Assembly (NCBI GenBank): GCA_964016885.1
Contig: OZ024764.1
Span: forward strand, 9,238,001 to 9,302,000
DNA length: 64,000 nucleotides
DNA from: Eledone cirrhosa
Lineage: Eukaryota
Direction: 5' to 3'
Shown piece by piece: positions 27,564 to 41,741 of the stretch. The notes beneath the pieces are model-generated. The model was not told where the DNA came from and searched no databases. It saw only the letters and a program-made list of their open reading frames with translations. A program made the translations under genes and the position numbers. Position 1 is the stretch's first letter, and the number at the start of each line of letters is the position of its first letter.

Positions 27564-27939
27564 ATTTTTTAATATAAGGAACTTGTTCTTTGTTTTTATT
27601 CATTTATCTTGACTCTGTTTTCCTATGATTTTCATCGAAAATTTTTGAATGCATCTTCTCTTTTCATGATATTTGGATTACATTCTTCATACGGATTGGA
27701 CACTACCGTATATTTTGGTAGATTTATCTATATATATATATTTTTTTATGTGTATTTGGTGTATACATTCGTATGCGTGCAGGTACAGGCGTTGCGTGGG
27801 TTCTGTATGTGCCTGCGGGTTTTTTTTTTGTGTACGTGCGTGTATTTGTATACCTATAGCGAGTATTTTCGCGTATGCTTGTGTATGTACGTATATGGAT
27901 GCGTGTATTTATTTATTTAATTTCAATAACCTCTGTATT

Positions 27940-28470
27940 TTATTTACTTTATTCTTAAGTCTGAAACCGAGAATCATTCGGTTTCCTAGTTAGAATTTCA
28001 GTATACCATTTACGTGGTTTTGTCTTTGTGTGCAATTGTTCTCCACGCTACACATATGACGTATTATCTTCGTTTTTTCCGTTCATTGCCAGAGAACGTC
28101 TCTCTGAACCACTTCAGAGAACATTAGTCTACGACTTCTTTTATACCATAAACGTGGTTCTGTCTTTGCGTGTAATTGTTTTTTATATTCGTTTTTTCCC
28201 GTTCTTTGCCAGGGAACGTTTCCACGAACCAAAGTATCGTCTTCCTATCTTCCTCCGGTTGCAACGTTTTTTGAAATATTCACTTCTGCGTTCACAGATT
28301 GACTTTGTTAGTTTTAGAAGATCCCGTTAAGGGTCAAAGCAGCGATTCTTTGCTTAAACTTTAATCTGTTATTTTAATAAATATTTGCTCTAAGGTTCTT
28401 ATATATTTGATATATATTTATCCTTATCGAGCCCTCTTTGGATTTTAGTCTTCAAATTTATTATTATTAT
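27940..28470 (+). mobile_element. family B Penelope-like element, unexpanded copy
   Basis: Collinear with 11085-12390 but with ~1.3 copies of the 140-bp unit and the full 3' tail. Confidence 0.65.
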
Positions 28471-28602
28471 TACTATATTATTACGGGGTCGATAATATAA
28501 AGTACCAGTAATGCACTGGGTGATTGCTAGGCAAGGGCCGTAACTCTATACGTTAAAGCATGGCGTCCGACCCTCTACCGGCAATAAATAATACGTATAA
28601 AA

Positions 28603-28664
<62 letters not shown>

Positions 28665-28842
28665 AAAGTTATATTTAAATTGTTGGGTTACAACTAGTAA
28701 ATATTTATAACTGATATAAAAGCACTCGACAAATATTTGGAGTATATTTACAATATTAAATAAATGGAAACTATATTTATAAAACCATATTCATTTCATG
28801 AAATAAATATGGTTTTATAAATATAGTTTCCATTTATTTAAT

Positions 28843-28899
<57 letters not shown>

Positions 28900-29277
28900 A
28901 TGTATGTATATATATATATATGTACGTATGTACAAGTCTGTATGTGCATGGACGTGTGTGATAGAGGTGACGTCATATCACAACCATGACAAGCTGGTGA
29001 TAGTGTGTGTGTATATGTATGTATATGTATGTATATATGTATGTGTGAGTGTATGTATGTATGTGTGTATATATGTATGTATATATAATATATATATAGT
29101 AGTATGTATGTAGTATATATATATATGAGTATGTATGTAGTATATATATATATGAGTATGTATGTAGTATATATATATATGAGTATGTATGTAGTATATA
29201 TATATATATACATATATATATATTAGTTATAAACATTTATATTTGTCGGACTTCCAACAAATTAAATACCCCTTCTA

Positions 29278-29322
<45 letters not shown>

Positions 29323-29399
29323 GTCTATACATATATATACACATGTATATATATGTATGTATAAACATGAGAGAAAGATGACGTCATATTTTTTATTTA

Positions 29400-31150
29400 G
29401 TGTGTGTGTATGTGTATATGTGTATATGTATGTATGTATTCATGTACTTGTATATGTATGTGTGTATCTATGTATGTGAGTATGTGGGCGACATATGTGT
29501 GTATGTATATGAGTGAAGGATGACGTCATATCTATGTGATGTGTGTGTGTGTGTAGCATCCAACTCTGTGACATCATAGTGTGTCTATGTGTGTGTGTGA
29601 GTGTGTGTATGTCTGTGTGGCATGAAAGTGTATGTGTGTGTGTGTCTGTAGCGTCCAAGTGTGTGTATGACATCATTGTTTGTGTGTGTGTGTATATGTT
29701 TGAGACACCATAGTGTGTGTGTGTGTGTGTGAGAGAGAGAGACCATAGTGTGTGTGTGTGTGAGAGAGAGACCATAGTGTGTGTGTGTGAGAGAGACAGC
29801 ATAGTGTGTTCGTGACATCATAGTGTGTGTGTGTGTGAGAGAGATATAGTGTGTGTTTGTGTGTGTGTATGTATATATGTTTGAGACACCATAGTGTGCG
29901 TGCGTGAGACCATAGTGTGTGTGTGTGTGTGTGTGACATCATAGTGTGTGTATGTGTGAGAGAGAGATATAATGTGCGTGTGTGAGACCATAGTGTGTGT
30001 GTGTGTGTGACATCATAGTGTGTGTGTGTGTGTGAGTGTGTGTGTGGCGTCCTAGTGTATGTTTGTGTGTATATATGTGTGTGTGTGAACGACAGATAAA
30101 GAAATTACATACATCATATCACAGTGGTGTGTGTGTGTGTGTGTGTGTGTGCGTGTGAGTGTGTGTGTGGCGTCCTAGTGTATGTTTGTGTATGTGTATG
30201 TGTGTGAACGACAGATAAAGAAATTACATACATCATATCACAGTGGTGTGTGTGTGTGAGAGTGTGTGTGTGGCGTCCTAGTGTATGTTTGTGTATGTGT
30301 GTGTATGTGAACGACAGATAAAGAAATTACATACATCATATCACAGTGGTGTGTGTGTGCGTGTGAGTGTGTGTGTGGCGTCTTAGTGTATGTTTGTGTG
30401 TATATGTGTGTGTGTGTGAACGACAGATATAGAAATTACATACATCATATCACAGTGGTGTGTGTGTGTGAGAGTGTGTGTGTGGCGTCTTAGTGTATGT
30501 TTGTGTGTATATGTGTGTGTGTGAACGACAGATATAGAAATTACATACATCATATCACAGTGTGTGTGTGTGTGTGTGTGTGCGTGTGAGTGTGTGTGTG
30601 TGGCGTCCTAGTGTATGTTTGTGTGTATATATGTGTGTGTGTGAACGACAGATATAGAAATTACATACATCATATCACAGTGGTGTGTGTGTGTGTGAGA
30701 GTGTGTGTGTGTGGCGTCTTAGTGTATGTTTGTGTGTATATGTGTGTGTGTGAACGACAGATATAGAAATTACATACATCATATCACAGTGGTGTGTGTG
30801 TGTGAGAGTGTGTGTGTGGCGTCTTAGTGTATGTTTGTGTGTATATGTGTGTGTGTGAACGACAGATATAGAAATTACATACATCATATCACAGTGGTGT
30901 GTGTGTGTGAGAGTGTGTGTGTGGCGTCTTAGTGTATGTTTGTGTGTATATGTGTGTGTGTGAACGACAGATATAGAAATTACATACATCATATCACAGT
31001 GGTGTGTGTGTGTGAGAGTGTGTGTGTGGCGTCCTAGTGTATGTTTGTGTGTATATGTGTGTGTGTGAACGACAGATATAGAAATTACATCATATCACAG
31101 TGGCGTGTGTATGTGTATGTGTGTGTGAGTGTGTATATATGTGGCTGTAT
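29400..31150. repeat. (GT)n-rich compound repeat with ~115-bp VNTR (30010-31110)
   Basis: Recurring gaacgacagatatagaaattacatacatcatatcacagtgg unit. Confidence 0.9.
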
Positions 31151-31415
31151 GGTGTAACCACGTGTGAGAGAGAGGGGGGAGAAGATGATGTCATTCTAAT
31201 GATGTGTGTATATATATATACATACATATATATATACATATATATATACATATATATATACATATAACAAAGGAATTGTGGTAAGGAACCAGATGGACCA
31301 TAACGCACCAGAGTACTCAATACTTAGGGTAGTAGAGTGGGAAATAGGAAAAAGTATGACCCCGACGGCATATATATATATATAGCATTATGTAGGTGTA
31401 TACTATATAGATATA

Positions 31416-31916
<501 letters not shown>

Positions 31917-32076
31917 TATATATATATCATCATCATCATCATTGTTTAACGTCCATCTTCCACGCTAGCATGGGTTAGATGGGAGTTGTCCCACTTTAGG
32001 CAAGGTTGGTCGGGTGACCGTGTCTCGCCCATATAGGACTATCTGGCAGGTTTTCTACGGCTGGATGCCCTTCCTT

Positions 32077-32114
<38 letters not shown>

Positions 32115-32214
32115 CCATGACTTCCATATATATACTCGACTTGCAACAAATTAAATACAACTTCTACTTATATAATTATATATTTCGCTTCTGAACATGA
32201 CTCTCCCAATGGAT

Positions 32215-32246
<32 letters not shown>

Positions 32247-33004
32247 CCAGTCACCTATCAATAAATGCAATGAAGGAATAATCAATCGTCCTTTTTATCC
32301 TTTCTATATATATATATATAATGATGATGATGATGATGATGATATATATATATATATATAAATGAAAATAGATAAATTAATGTGAGCAAGAAGCCAACAG
32401 TATTTCATAATATATAAGTGACTATAACGTCAAAATGGAAAATATTTAAGATAGGTCAACTTTGCCTTTCATCCTTACGGGATCGCTAAAATAAAGTACC
32501 AGTAATGCACTGGTTAATTGCTGGCCTTGTGCCAAACGTAGAAACAATTGGTTGTGAGTTCAATTCTCAGACCAGGTGATGTGTTGTTTCCTTGAGCAAG
32601 ACACTTTATTTCACATTGCTCCAGTTTACTCAGCAGTAGAAATGAGATGATAGGGACTGCGGTCCCTATCATTCCACTGCAAAAAGGCACCCAGCACTCA
32701 CTGTAAATGAGGTTGGTGTTAGGAAGAGCATCCAGCTGTAGAAATCAAGCCAGAATCAGTTCCCGTCCCACCCTTGCAAGCAGGGAAAAGTGGACGTAAA
32801 ATGATGATGATGATGTGTGTGAGAGAGGCGCAATCCATATATATATGGATATATATATATATTTATCATCATCATCACCGTGTTATGTTAATTCTTCCAC
32901 ACTAGCATGGGTTAGACAGGTTATCCTGACTTTGTGAGATAGGCCAGATCAGATGACCATGTCTTGCTCATACAGAACTCATTCTGGATGCCCTTCCCAA
33001 CACC

Positions 33005-34607
33005 AACCACATTTACAGTGTGGACTGGGTGCTTTTTGTCATGACAACTACACAACCACTTTACAGTGCAAACTGGGTACTTTTGTTGTGACACCTACAC
33101 AACCACTTTACAGTGTGGACTGGGTGCTTTTTGTTGTGACACCTCCATGACCACTTTACAGTGTGGACTGGGTGCTTTTTGTTGTGACACCTACATGACC
33201 ACTTTACAGTGTGGACTGGGTGCTTTTTGTCATGACACCTACACAACCACTTTACAGTGCAAACTGGGTACTTTTGTTGTGACACCTACACAACCACTTT
33301 ACAGTGTGGACTGGGTGCTTTTTGTTGTGACACCTACATGACCACTTTACAATGTGGACTGGGTGCTTTTTGTTGTGACACCTACATGACCACTTTACAG
33401 TGTGGACTGGGTGCTTTTTGTCGTGACACCTACATGACCACTTTACAGTGTGGACTGGGTACTTTTTGTCGTGACACCTACATGACTACTTTACAGTGTG
33501 GACTGGGTACTTTTTGTTCTGTCACCTCCATGACCACTTTACAGTGTGGACTGGGTGTTTTTTGTTGTGACACCTACATGACCACTTTACAGTGTGGACT
33601 GGGTACTTTTTGTTCTGACATATACATGACCACTTTACAGTGTGGACTGGGTACTTTTTGTTCTGACACCTCCATGACCACTTTACAGTGTGGACTGGGT
33701 ACTTTTTGTTCTGACATATACATGACCACGTTACAGTGTGGACTGGGTACTTTTTGTTCTGACATATACATGACCACTTTACAGTGTGGACTGGGTACTT
33801 TTTGTTCTGACACCTCCATGACCACTTTACAGTGTGGACTGGGTACTTTTTGTTCTGACATATACATGACCACTTTACAGTGTGGGCTGGGTACTTTTTG
33901 TTCTGACATATACATGACCACTTTATAGTGTGGACTGGGTACTTTTTGTTCTGTCACCTCCATGACCACTTTACAGTGTGGATTGGGTCCTTTTTGTTGT
34001 GACACCTACATGACCACTTTACAGTGTGGACTGGGTACTTTTTGTTGTGACACCTACATGACCACTTTACAGTGTGGACTGGGTACTTTTTGTTGTGACA
34101 CCTACATGACCACTTTACAGTGTGGACTGGGTCCTTTTTGTTGTGACACCTACATGACCACTTTACAGTGTGGACTGGGTACTTTTTGTTGTGACACCTA
34201 CATGACCACTTTACAGTGTGGACTGGGTCCTTTTTGTTGTGACACCTACATGACCACTTTACAGTGTGGACTGGGTACTTTTTGTTCTGACATATACATG
34301 ACCACGTTACAGTGTGGGCTGGGTACTTTTTGTTGTGGCACCTACATGACCACTTTACAGTGTGGTCTGGGTACTTTTTGTTGTCACCTACATGACCACT
34401 TTACAGTGTGGTCTGGGTACTTTTTGTTCTGTCACCTACACGGCCACATTACAGCGTGGACTATGTGTTTTTTTGTTGTGACACCTACATGACCACTTTA
34501 CAGTGTGGACTGGGTGTTGTTTGTTGTGACACCTACATGACCACTTTACAGTGTGGACTGGGTACTTTTTGTTGTGTCACCTACATGACCACTTTACAGT
34601 GTGGACA
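33005..34607 (+). repeat. 48-bp minisatellite (same family as 19430-21455)
   Basis: Unit cactttacagtgtggactgggtactttttgttgtgacacctacatgac. Confidence 0.95.
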
Positions 34608-35211
34608 CATATATAGCAGTGGCAATCAACCACTTCTAAGGGTCTTACCTGGGATTTGAAAAAAGTTTATTTCACTGATGCACTTCTTACAAACTGTAGT
34701 CAAGGTTTATTTTTATTATCTCTTTACATAAAGTTGTCCTGTGTGTTAATGACTTCCTATCTAGCTGTGTTTTGGGTTGTGTGGTGTTATCATCACCATC
34801 ATCACTGTTTAGCATTCATTTTTCCCTGCTAGCATGGGTTAGACGAGTTGTCCAATTGAGAGACAAGCCAGATCAGATAAAAGTGTCTTGTTAATACAGA
34901 ACTGTATCTGGCTTGGTTTCTACAGCTGGATCATCATCATCATCATCATTTTACGTCCACTTTTCCCTGCTTGCAAGGGTGGGACGGGAACTGATTCTGG
35001 CTTGATTTCTACAGCTGGATGCCCTTCCTAACACCAACCTCATTTACAGTGAGTGCTGGGTGCTTTTTTGCCGTGGCACCTCCACGACCGCTTTGCAGTG
35101 GAATTATAGGGACCCCAGTCCCTATCATCTCATTTCTACAGCTGAGTAAACTGGAGCAATGTGAAATAAAGTGTCTTGCTCAAGGAAACAAGATGCCCTT
35201 CCTAATACCAA

Positions 35212-35850
35212 CCACATTTACAGTGTACTGGGTGCTCTTTGTCATGACACCTACACAACCACTTTCCAGAGTGGACTGGGTACTTTTTATCATGACATCA
35301 ACACAACTACTTTACAGTGTGGACTGGGTATTATTGTCATGACCCCTATATGACCACTTTACAGAGTGGACTGGGTACTTTTTATCATGACATCAACACA
35401 ACTACTTTACAGTGTGGACTGGGTATTATTGTCATGACCCCTATATGACCACTTTACAGAGTGGACTGGGTACTTTTTATCATGACATCAACACAACTAC
35501 TTTACAGTGTGGACTGGGTATTATTGTCATGACCCCTATATGACCACTTTACAGAGTGGACTGGGTGCTTTATGTTGTGACACCAACACAACCACTTTAC
35601 AGTGTGGACTAGGTATTTTTTGTTGTGACACCTATATGACCACTTTACAGAGTGGACTGGGTGCTTTATGTTGTGACACCAACACAACCACTTTACAGTG
35701 TGGACTAGGTATTTTTTGTTGTGACACCTATATGACCACTTTACAGAGTGGACTGGGTGCTTTATGTTGTGACACCAACACAACCACTTTACAGTGTGGA
35801 CTGGGTATTTTTGTCATGACCCCTCTATGACCACTTTACAGTGTGGACTG
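35212..35850 (+). repeat. 48-bp minisatellite organised as 96-bp dimers
   Basis: Alternating acagagtggactggg / acagtgtggactggg units. Confidence 0.9.
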
Positions 35851-36491
35851 CTCACTTATTCCTGGTATGGTTGTAGGGGCAGAGTCCTCAAACATCCTTC
35901 CAGCCGGTCCTACCACCACCACCATTACCATCACCACTATCCCCCCCAACACCACCACCATTACCACCACCTCCGCCACCATCACTATCCTCTCAACCAC
36001 AAACTCCTCCCCACCACCACCACTACTACCACCAGTACACACCCCACCACCATCATCAGCACATAGCCCACCACCGCCACCATCAGTACACACCCCACCA
36101 CCATCAGTACACACCGCACCACCGCCACCACCATCACTACAACAACACACATGCTGACGTCACCACCACTACGAAGTTAAGTCATATATTTCCATCACAG
36201 AACAGCTACTAGTAAGTAAAAGTAATAACTCTTATTATCGCTTTCCTTTCATCTAAAAATCATTGTTTTCATTTCATTTCACATCTCATTCATTATATTA
36301 TCGTCTCATATCTTTCATTTCATCATTTCTCTCATCGTTTTTTATATATTTTATCTCATATTGTTGTTGGTGATGCTGATGATAGACGTTGGTGAGTTTG
36401 TTTTAAAGAATCGTCAAATCGGAGCTGATGTTCTTAGTTACAATTATTGAAGTATATATATAATATATATGTATGTGTATATATATATATA

Positions 36492-36565
<74 letters not shown>

Positions 36566-36566
36566 A

Positions 36567-36599
<33 letters not shown>

Positions 36600-36639
36600 C
36601 ACATACATATATATATATACGTGTGTGTGTGTATATATA

Positions 36640-36685
<46 letters not shown>

Positions 36686-36866
36686 TCTCTTGACAATATG
36701 TATACATATATATATATATATTGTTATGCTTTGGGAGGGTCATGTTGCCAATAAGAAACAGTATTTCATGACCCTCCCAAAGCATAACAATATCGGTTTC
36801 AACACACGTTTTCAGATAAAGAATCTTGCTAAACAAATTCAGAAACGATATATATATATAATTTAA

Positions 36867-36904
<38 letters not shown>

Positions 36905-37079
36905 CATGCGTGTGTAAATATGACATATATATACATATATATAGTAATAATATATCATATATATATATATATATATCATATATATCATATATATATATAA
37001 TATATATCATATATGTATATATAATATATATTTTATACACACACACATATATATATATATAGTGTTGTTATGTTGAGAA

Positions 37080-37160
37080 AAGTCCGCGCGCAGTTCGGTT
37101 TAGTAATGGTGACGTCACCACACTCCATTTCGACAGTCAGTGGCTGACGTCACCCTTGCT
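37080..37160. promoter_or_regulatory. candidate promoter with two full CRE palindromes
   Basis: TGACGTCA at 37110-37117 (within perfect GGTGACGTCACC) and 37145-37152, in a short CpG-rich unique island 4.6 kb upstream of the ZF ORF. Confidence 0.35.
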
Positions 37161-37505
37161 CTCTCTCTCTCTCTCCCTCTCTCTACATATATATGTATTT
37201 CTATCTCCCTCATGTCGTCATCGCTTTTATTACCCCCCCCCCCGTCCCTATCCTCTTCCTTCCTTCGTCTGTCCTACCTTCATATTTATACTCACTCGCA
37301 CGCGCATGTATATATGTGTGTGTGTATATATATATGTGTGTGTGTGTGCTTGTATGTATGTATATATATGTGTGAATGTATATACATGTGTGTTTATATA
37401 TACAGACACTTATATTTATACATATTATATATATACATAGAAACACACATACACTCCCCTACAAATATATTTGTCTATGTATATATATATATATATATAA
37501 ATGTG

Positions 37506-37539
<34 letters not shown>

Positions 37540-37563
37540 TATGTGTGTATGTGTGTATATATG

Positions 37564-37616
<53 letters not shown>

Positions 37617-37647
37617 CTATGTATATAGACACACATATATATATGTA

Positions 37648-37695
<48 letters not shown>

Positions 37696-38423
37696 TTAGG
37701 GAGGGTCATATTGAAAGACGCTGTTTTCTAAATATGACCCTTCCTAAATATTACAATATTTGTTTCATATAACAAAACCTTGTGAAACAAATTCATTGCT
37801 ATATATACTATATATATTTATTAAAATAACAGATTAAAGTTTAAGCAAAGAAGATCCCGTTAAGGGTGAAAGCAGCGATTCTTTGCTTAAACTTTAATCT
37901 GTTATTTTAATAAATATTTGCTCTAGGGTTCTTATATATTTGATATGTATTTATCCTTATCGAGCCCTCTTTGGATTTTAGCCTTTAAATTTATTATTAT
38001 TACTATATATATAATAATCGAAAGGTTGTGAGTTCAATTCTCAGACCGGGTGATGTGTTGTTTCCTTGAGCAAGACACTTTATTTCACATTGCTCCAGTT
38101 TACTCAGCTGTAGAAATGAGATGATAGGGACTGGGGTCCCTATCATTCCACTGCAAAGTGGTCGTGGAGGTGCCACTGCAAAAAAGCACCCAGCCTACAC
38201 TGTAAAGTGGTCGTGTAGGCGCCATGGAAAAAAAGCACCCAGCACTCACTGTAAATGAGGTTGGTGTTAGGAAGGGCATCCAGCTGTAGAAATCAAGCCA
38301 GCATCAGTTCCCGTCCCACCCTTGCAAGCAGGGAAAAGCGGACGTAAAATAATGAAAAAAAAAATGAAATGAAAATAAGAAAATGCGAAGTAGTTTCAGA
38401 TGTTAAAGTCCTCTCATGATAAG

Positions 38424-38498
38424 GCTTTGATACATATTTCAATGACGACAGTGGCCACACGGTTCTGTGTACTCAGTGCCGTGACCTCATCAGACAGC
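38424..38498 (-). ncRNA. hammerhead ribozyme motif (family E-like), slightly degenerate
   Basis: Minus: GCTGT-CTGATGA-GGTCACGGCA...TGTCGTCATT-GAA-ATATGTAT-C-AAAGC; helix I has one mismatch. Confidence 0.5.
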
Positions 38499-39671
38499 TT
38501 CCTACATAATAAGGTTATGTTCCCGAGGTAATCCAAATTGAATCGACAAGGGAACGGAAAAAGGGTGTCCTTGAATCCTTCGCCCGTCCCCTTGTGAGTC
38601 CCAATCCACCGCCACTGGTTTGCGCAGGTGCAAGTTCGAAGGAAGTTGACCATCCACTACCCCAAAACTCTATGAAACTCGCCGAGGCAGGTCCCCTCAC
38701 ACCCCAACAAAACAATTACAATAATTTAAACGTATCCCTATTATTTATTATATCATCATCATCATCACCGTTTTACGTCCGTTCTTCCATGCTAGCATGG
38801 GTTAGACTGGTTTTCCTGTTGTGGGCAGTGTCCGGTCGGCTGACCTTGTCTTGCTGATACGGGAACTGATTCTGGCTTAATTTCTACAGCTGGATGCCCT
38901 TCCTAACACCAACCTCATTTACAGTGAGTGCTGGGTGCTTTTTTTTCGTGGCGCCTACGCGTCCACTTTACAGTGTGGGCTGGGTGCTTCCATCGACTTC
39001 TAATGCAGCTGTCATCCTTCATATGCATCACATGTCCATACCAACGCAACCTCCTCTCCTGCATATATATATATATATTAATTTTATTTACTTCAATCAA
39101 GATTTTATATATATAATGAAATTATTGTGTAAAGTGCTCAGGTGCACTACAACTCGCCAAAGGTGCATGTATAGTACATAGAATAATATACAAATGTCAG
39201 GGAAGTGAATGGTGTATGAGTCCTGATATACATGAGTGTATGTGTATGGAGGTGGAACATTAGGTGTAGTGTTGGCGAATCTCAGGAAGCATGGAGGTTT
39301 TAAACGATGCAGTGTCTCGTTTAACGTCCATCTTCCACGCTAGCATGGGTTTAGACAGGAAATTGTCCCACTTGAGACAAGATTGGTTGTCTCGCTCGTA
39401 TAGGACTGTTTGGCAGGTTTTCTACGGCTGGATGCCCTTCCTAACACCAACCACGTTTACAGTGTGGACTGGGAGGTGTTTTACCGTGTTACCTACACGG
39501 CCACATTACAGCGTGGACTGTGTGTGTTTTTGTCATGACACCTACACAACCTCATTTATTTACGACTGGATGTTGTGGTACCAACATAACTTTACAGAGA
39601 TAGGGTGGTGTTAGTGGAAGTGAGGGTGGAGTAGGTGTAGTGTGTTGGGGTGTATATTTGGTTAAGAGGTG

Positions 39672-39980
39672 CCTACTGACTGTAGGTTTCGCTTTGTACA
39701 TAGGCAAGGTGGGTCTTCTGTATTACTGTGTAGCGCCAAAGATCTCGGCCCAGTGACATTGTCTTAGAGAGGTGCAAGTGTGTAAGGTCGGAATTTATCA
39801 AATCGTCCCAGGTTTTTCTGGGTCTGCCTACTCTGTAACTTCCATCAATTTTGATCGCCCTGCACTTTTTTATACAGCTGTCGTCTTTCATGCGCATCAC
39901 GTGACCATACCAACATAGTCTTCTCTCAAGTAAACAGTATCTGATCCCTCTTATTCCTAATTTCTCACTTAGTTCATTTA
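39672..39980 (-). mobile_element. RTE LINE C-terminal fragment
   Basis: ELSEKLGIRGIRYCLLERRLCWYGHVMRM...GRPRKTW...RDLWR. Confidence 0.8.
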
Positions 39981-39996
39981 TACATGTATGTATATA

Positions 39997-40881
39997 CAGT
40001 GTGCAGACGATATTTGTTCGCAAGATTACTGTCTAGGAAAAAATAACAGAGTAGTTTTATTTTTTAAGATATATTTATCAAACTTGGGTCAGTTTGTCTT
40101 CATGACTTGTTCTTTCGATCTCACTCGATAAACCCGCCATTGGCTTTGATGATGGCCTCGAGGCGGCCTCGGAACCGGCTACAGGCCTTCGTCACTGTCC
40201 CCCAACTTAGGCCCCTAAAGGCACTTGTGATCCTGGCCTTCAGATCGTCTTTCGTATTGCAGCTAGATCTGTTGGTGTCTCGTTCCACTGCGCCCCACAC
40301 AAAGAAGTCGAGGGGGTTGCAGTCAGGCGAGCTGGGAGGCCAGATGTCAGATGAAGTGAGGTCGACGAAGTTCTCTGTCGGCCAGGCTTGGGTCTTTCGG
40401 CTGGTATGGCAGGGCGCTGAGTCTTGCTGCCACACGTACGGCCTACCTGCAGCTACCTGGTCGATCCAGGGCTTTACTACTTCGCTCAGAATGCAGATGT
40501 AGCCATCGGTGTTCAGCTTGAGGCCCTCAGGGAAGAAGTGAGGTGGCATGACGTCACCTCGATTGCTGACGACACCTAAGACCAATGTTGTCGCTGGAAA
40601 CTTTGTCTGCATGACTCTGGGCACGTCTTTGGATGAGACACTATTATCCTGCTGACGCTGAGAAAGTCTGAAATTTCCTTATTTGTCCTCCCAGCGCGGA
40701 TTCCAAGAACTCTGTGTCTCTTCGACAAATTTGGAGGTTCAAAATTATTCATAATCAATTATTCTGAAAATAAATAATGGAAATATAGTCACTGTTTTTA
40801 TGAAGACAAGAGTGACAATGGAAGTAAAAAAATTTGCATAAAATTAGCAGTTGAAAATTGCAAACAAATATCGTCCACACC

Positions 40882-40884
<3 letters not shown>
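39997..40884 (-). mobile_element. second DD37D Tc1/mariner copy, internally deleted
   Basis: TA-flanked TIRs cagtgtgcagacgatatttgtt / aacaaatatcgtccacaccctg; WQQDSAPCH...SPDCNPLDFFVWG...RLEAIIKANGGFIE. Confidence 0.9.
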
Positions 40885-40924
<40 letters not shown>

Positions 40925-41483
40925 CATATTTATCTATATTTTTCAGGTGGAACTATGACGCTCCAAAGATGACAGTGTGTGTAAAGAAGATGTTGATAAC
41001 AACAACAATAGCAATAACAACAACAACAATGACCCATGTCTGCTAAGAACTGGTTGCAACCAGTTGGAATTGGCTGGTACCGGTCAGAAAGATCCAATTT
41101 TTAAAACCTATTTTTAAATTTTTTTAATCAAATTTAATATCAGAGGAAGAAAAAATATATATATACACAGATATATATATATATATATATACAGATATAT
41201 ATATATATATATACACATACATATATATATTTTTATATTTTTCCTTCCATATTCCATATATTTTTTTACCAACTTTTTTTAAAAAGACAAAAAAAAAATA
41301 TAATAATTTATAAAAAAAATTTACCAAATTTTCAATCAAAATTTTTGCAAAAAAACCCAACAAAAAAAAAAAAAAAACGAACAGCAACAACAACAACAAC
41401 AACAACAACAATAATAATATTAATAAGTTGACACGCAGCATGATTTGTGAAAGAATTAGACTGGAACGAAAGTTTTAAATAAT

Positions 41484-41700
41484 TGTTTCTACTTTTTGCA
41501 CAAGGCCAGCAATTTGAAGGAGAGGTGAAAGTTGATTAAAACGAACCCAGTACATTACCGGTACTTTATTTTATCGATCCCCCCGTAAGGATGAAAGGCT
41601 GAGCTAACCTCGGCGGGATTTGAACTCAGTCAGTATGTAAAAGAAAGTAACTATGCCGCGGAGCATGTTGTTTGACGCTCTACTGATTCTGCCAAGCCAC
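41484..41700 (-). mobile_element. SINE family 1
   Basis: gtttctacttttt...ggcgggatttgaactc...gccaagccac. Confidence 0.75.
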
Positions 41701-41741
41701 TAATAACAATAATATCGTTTGATTAAACCCACTAGAGTAAG

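Noticed and set aside
40947-41080. Possible upstream exon of the ZF gene after tttcAG
   Set aside because: Plausible acceptor but no convincing donor or coding signal; unsupported without transcripts.
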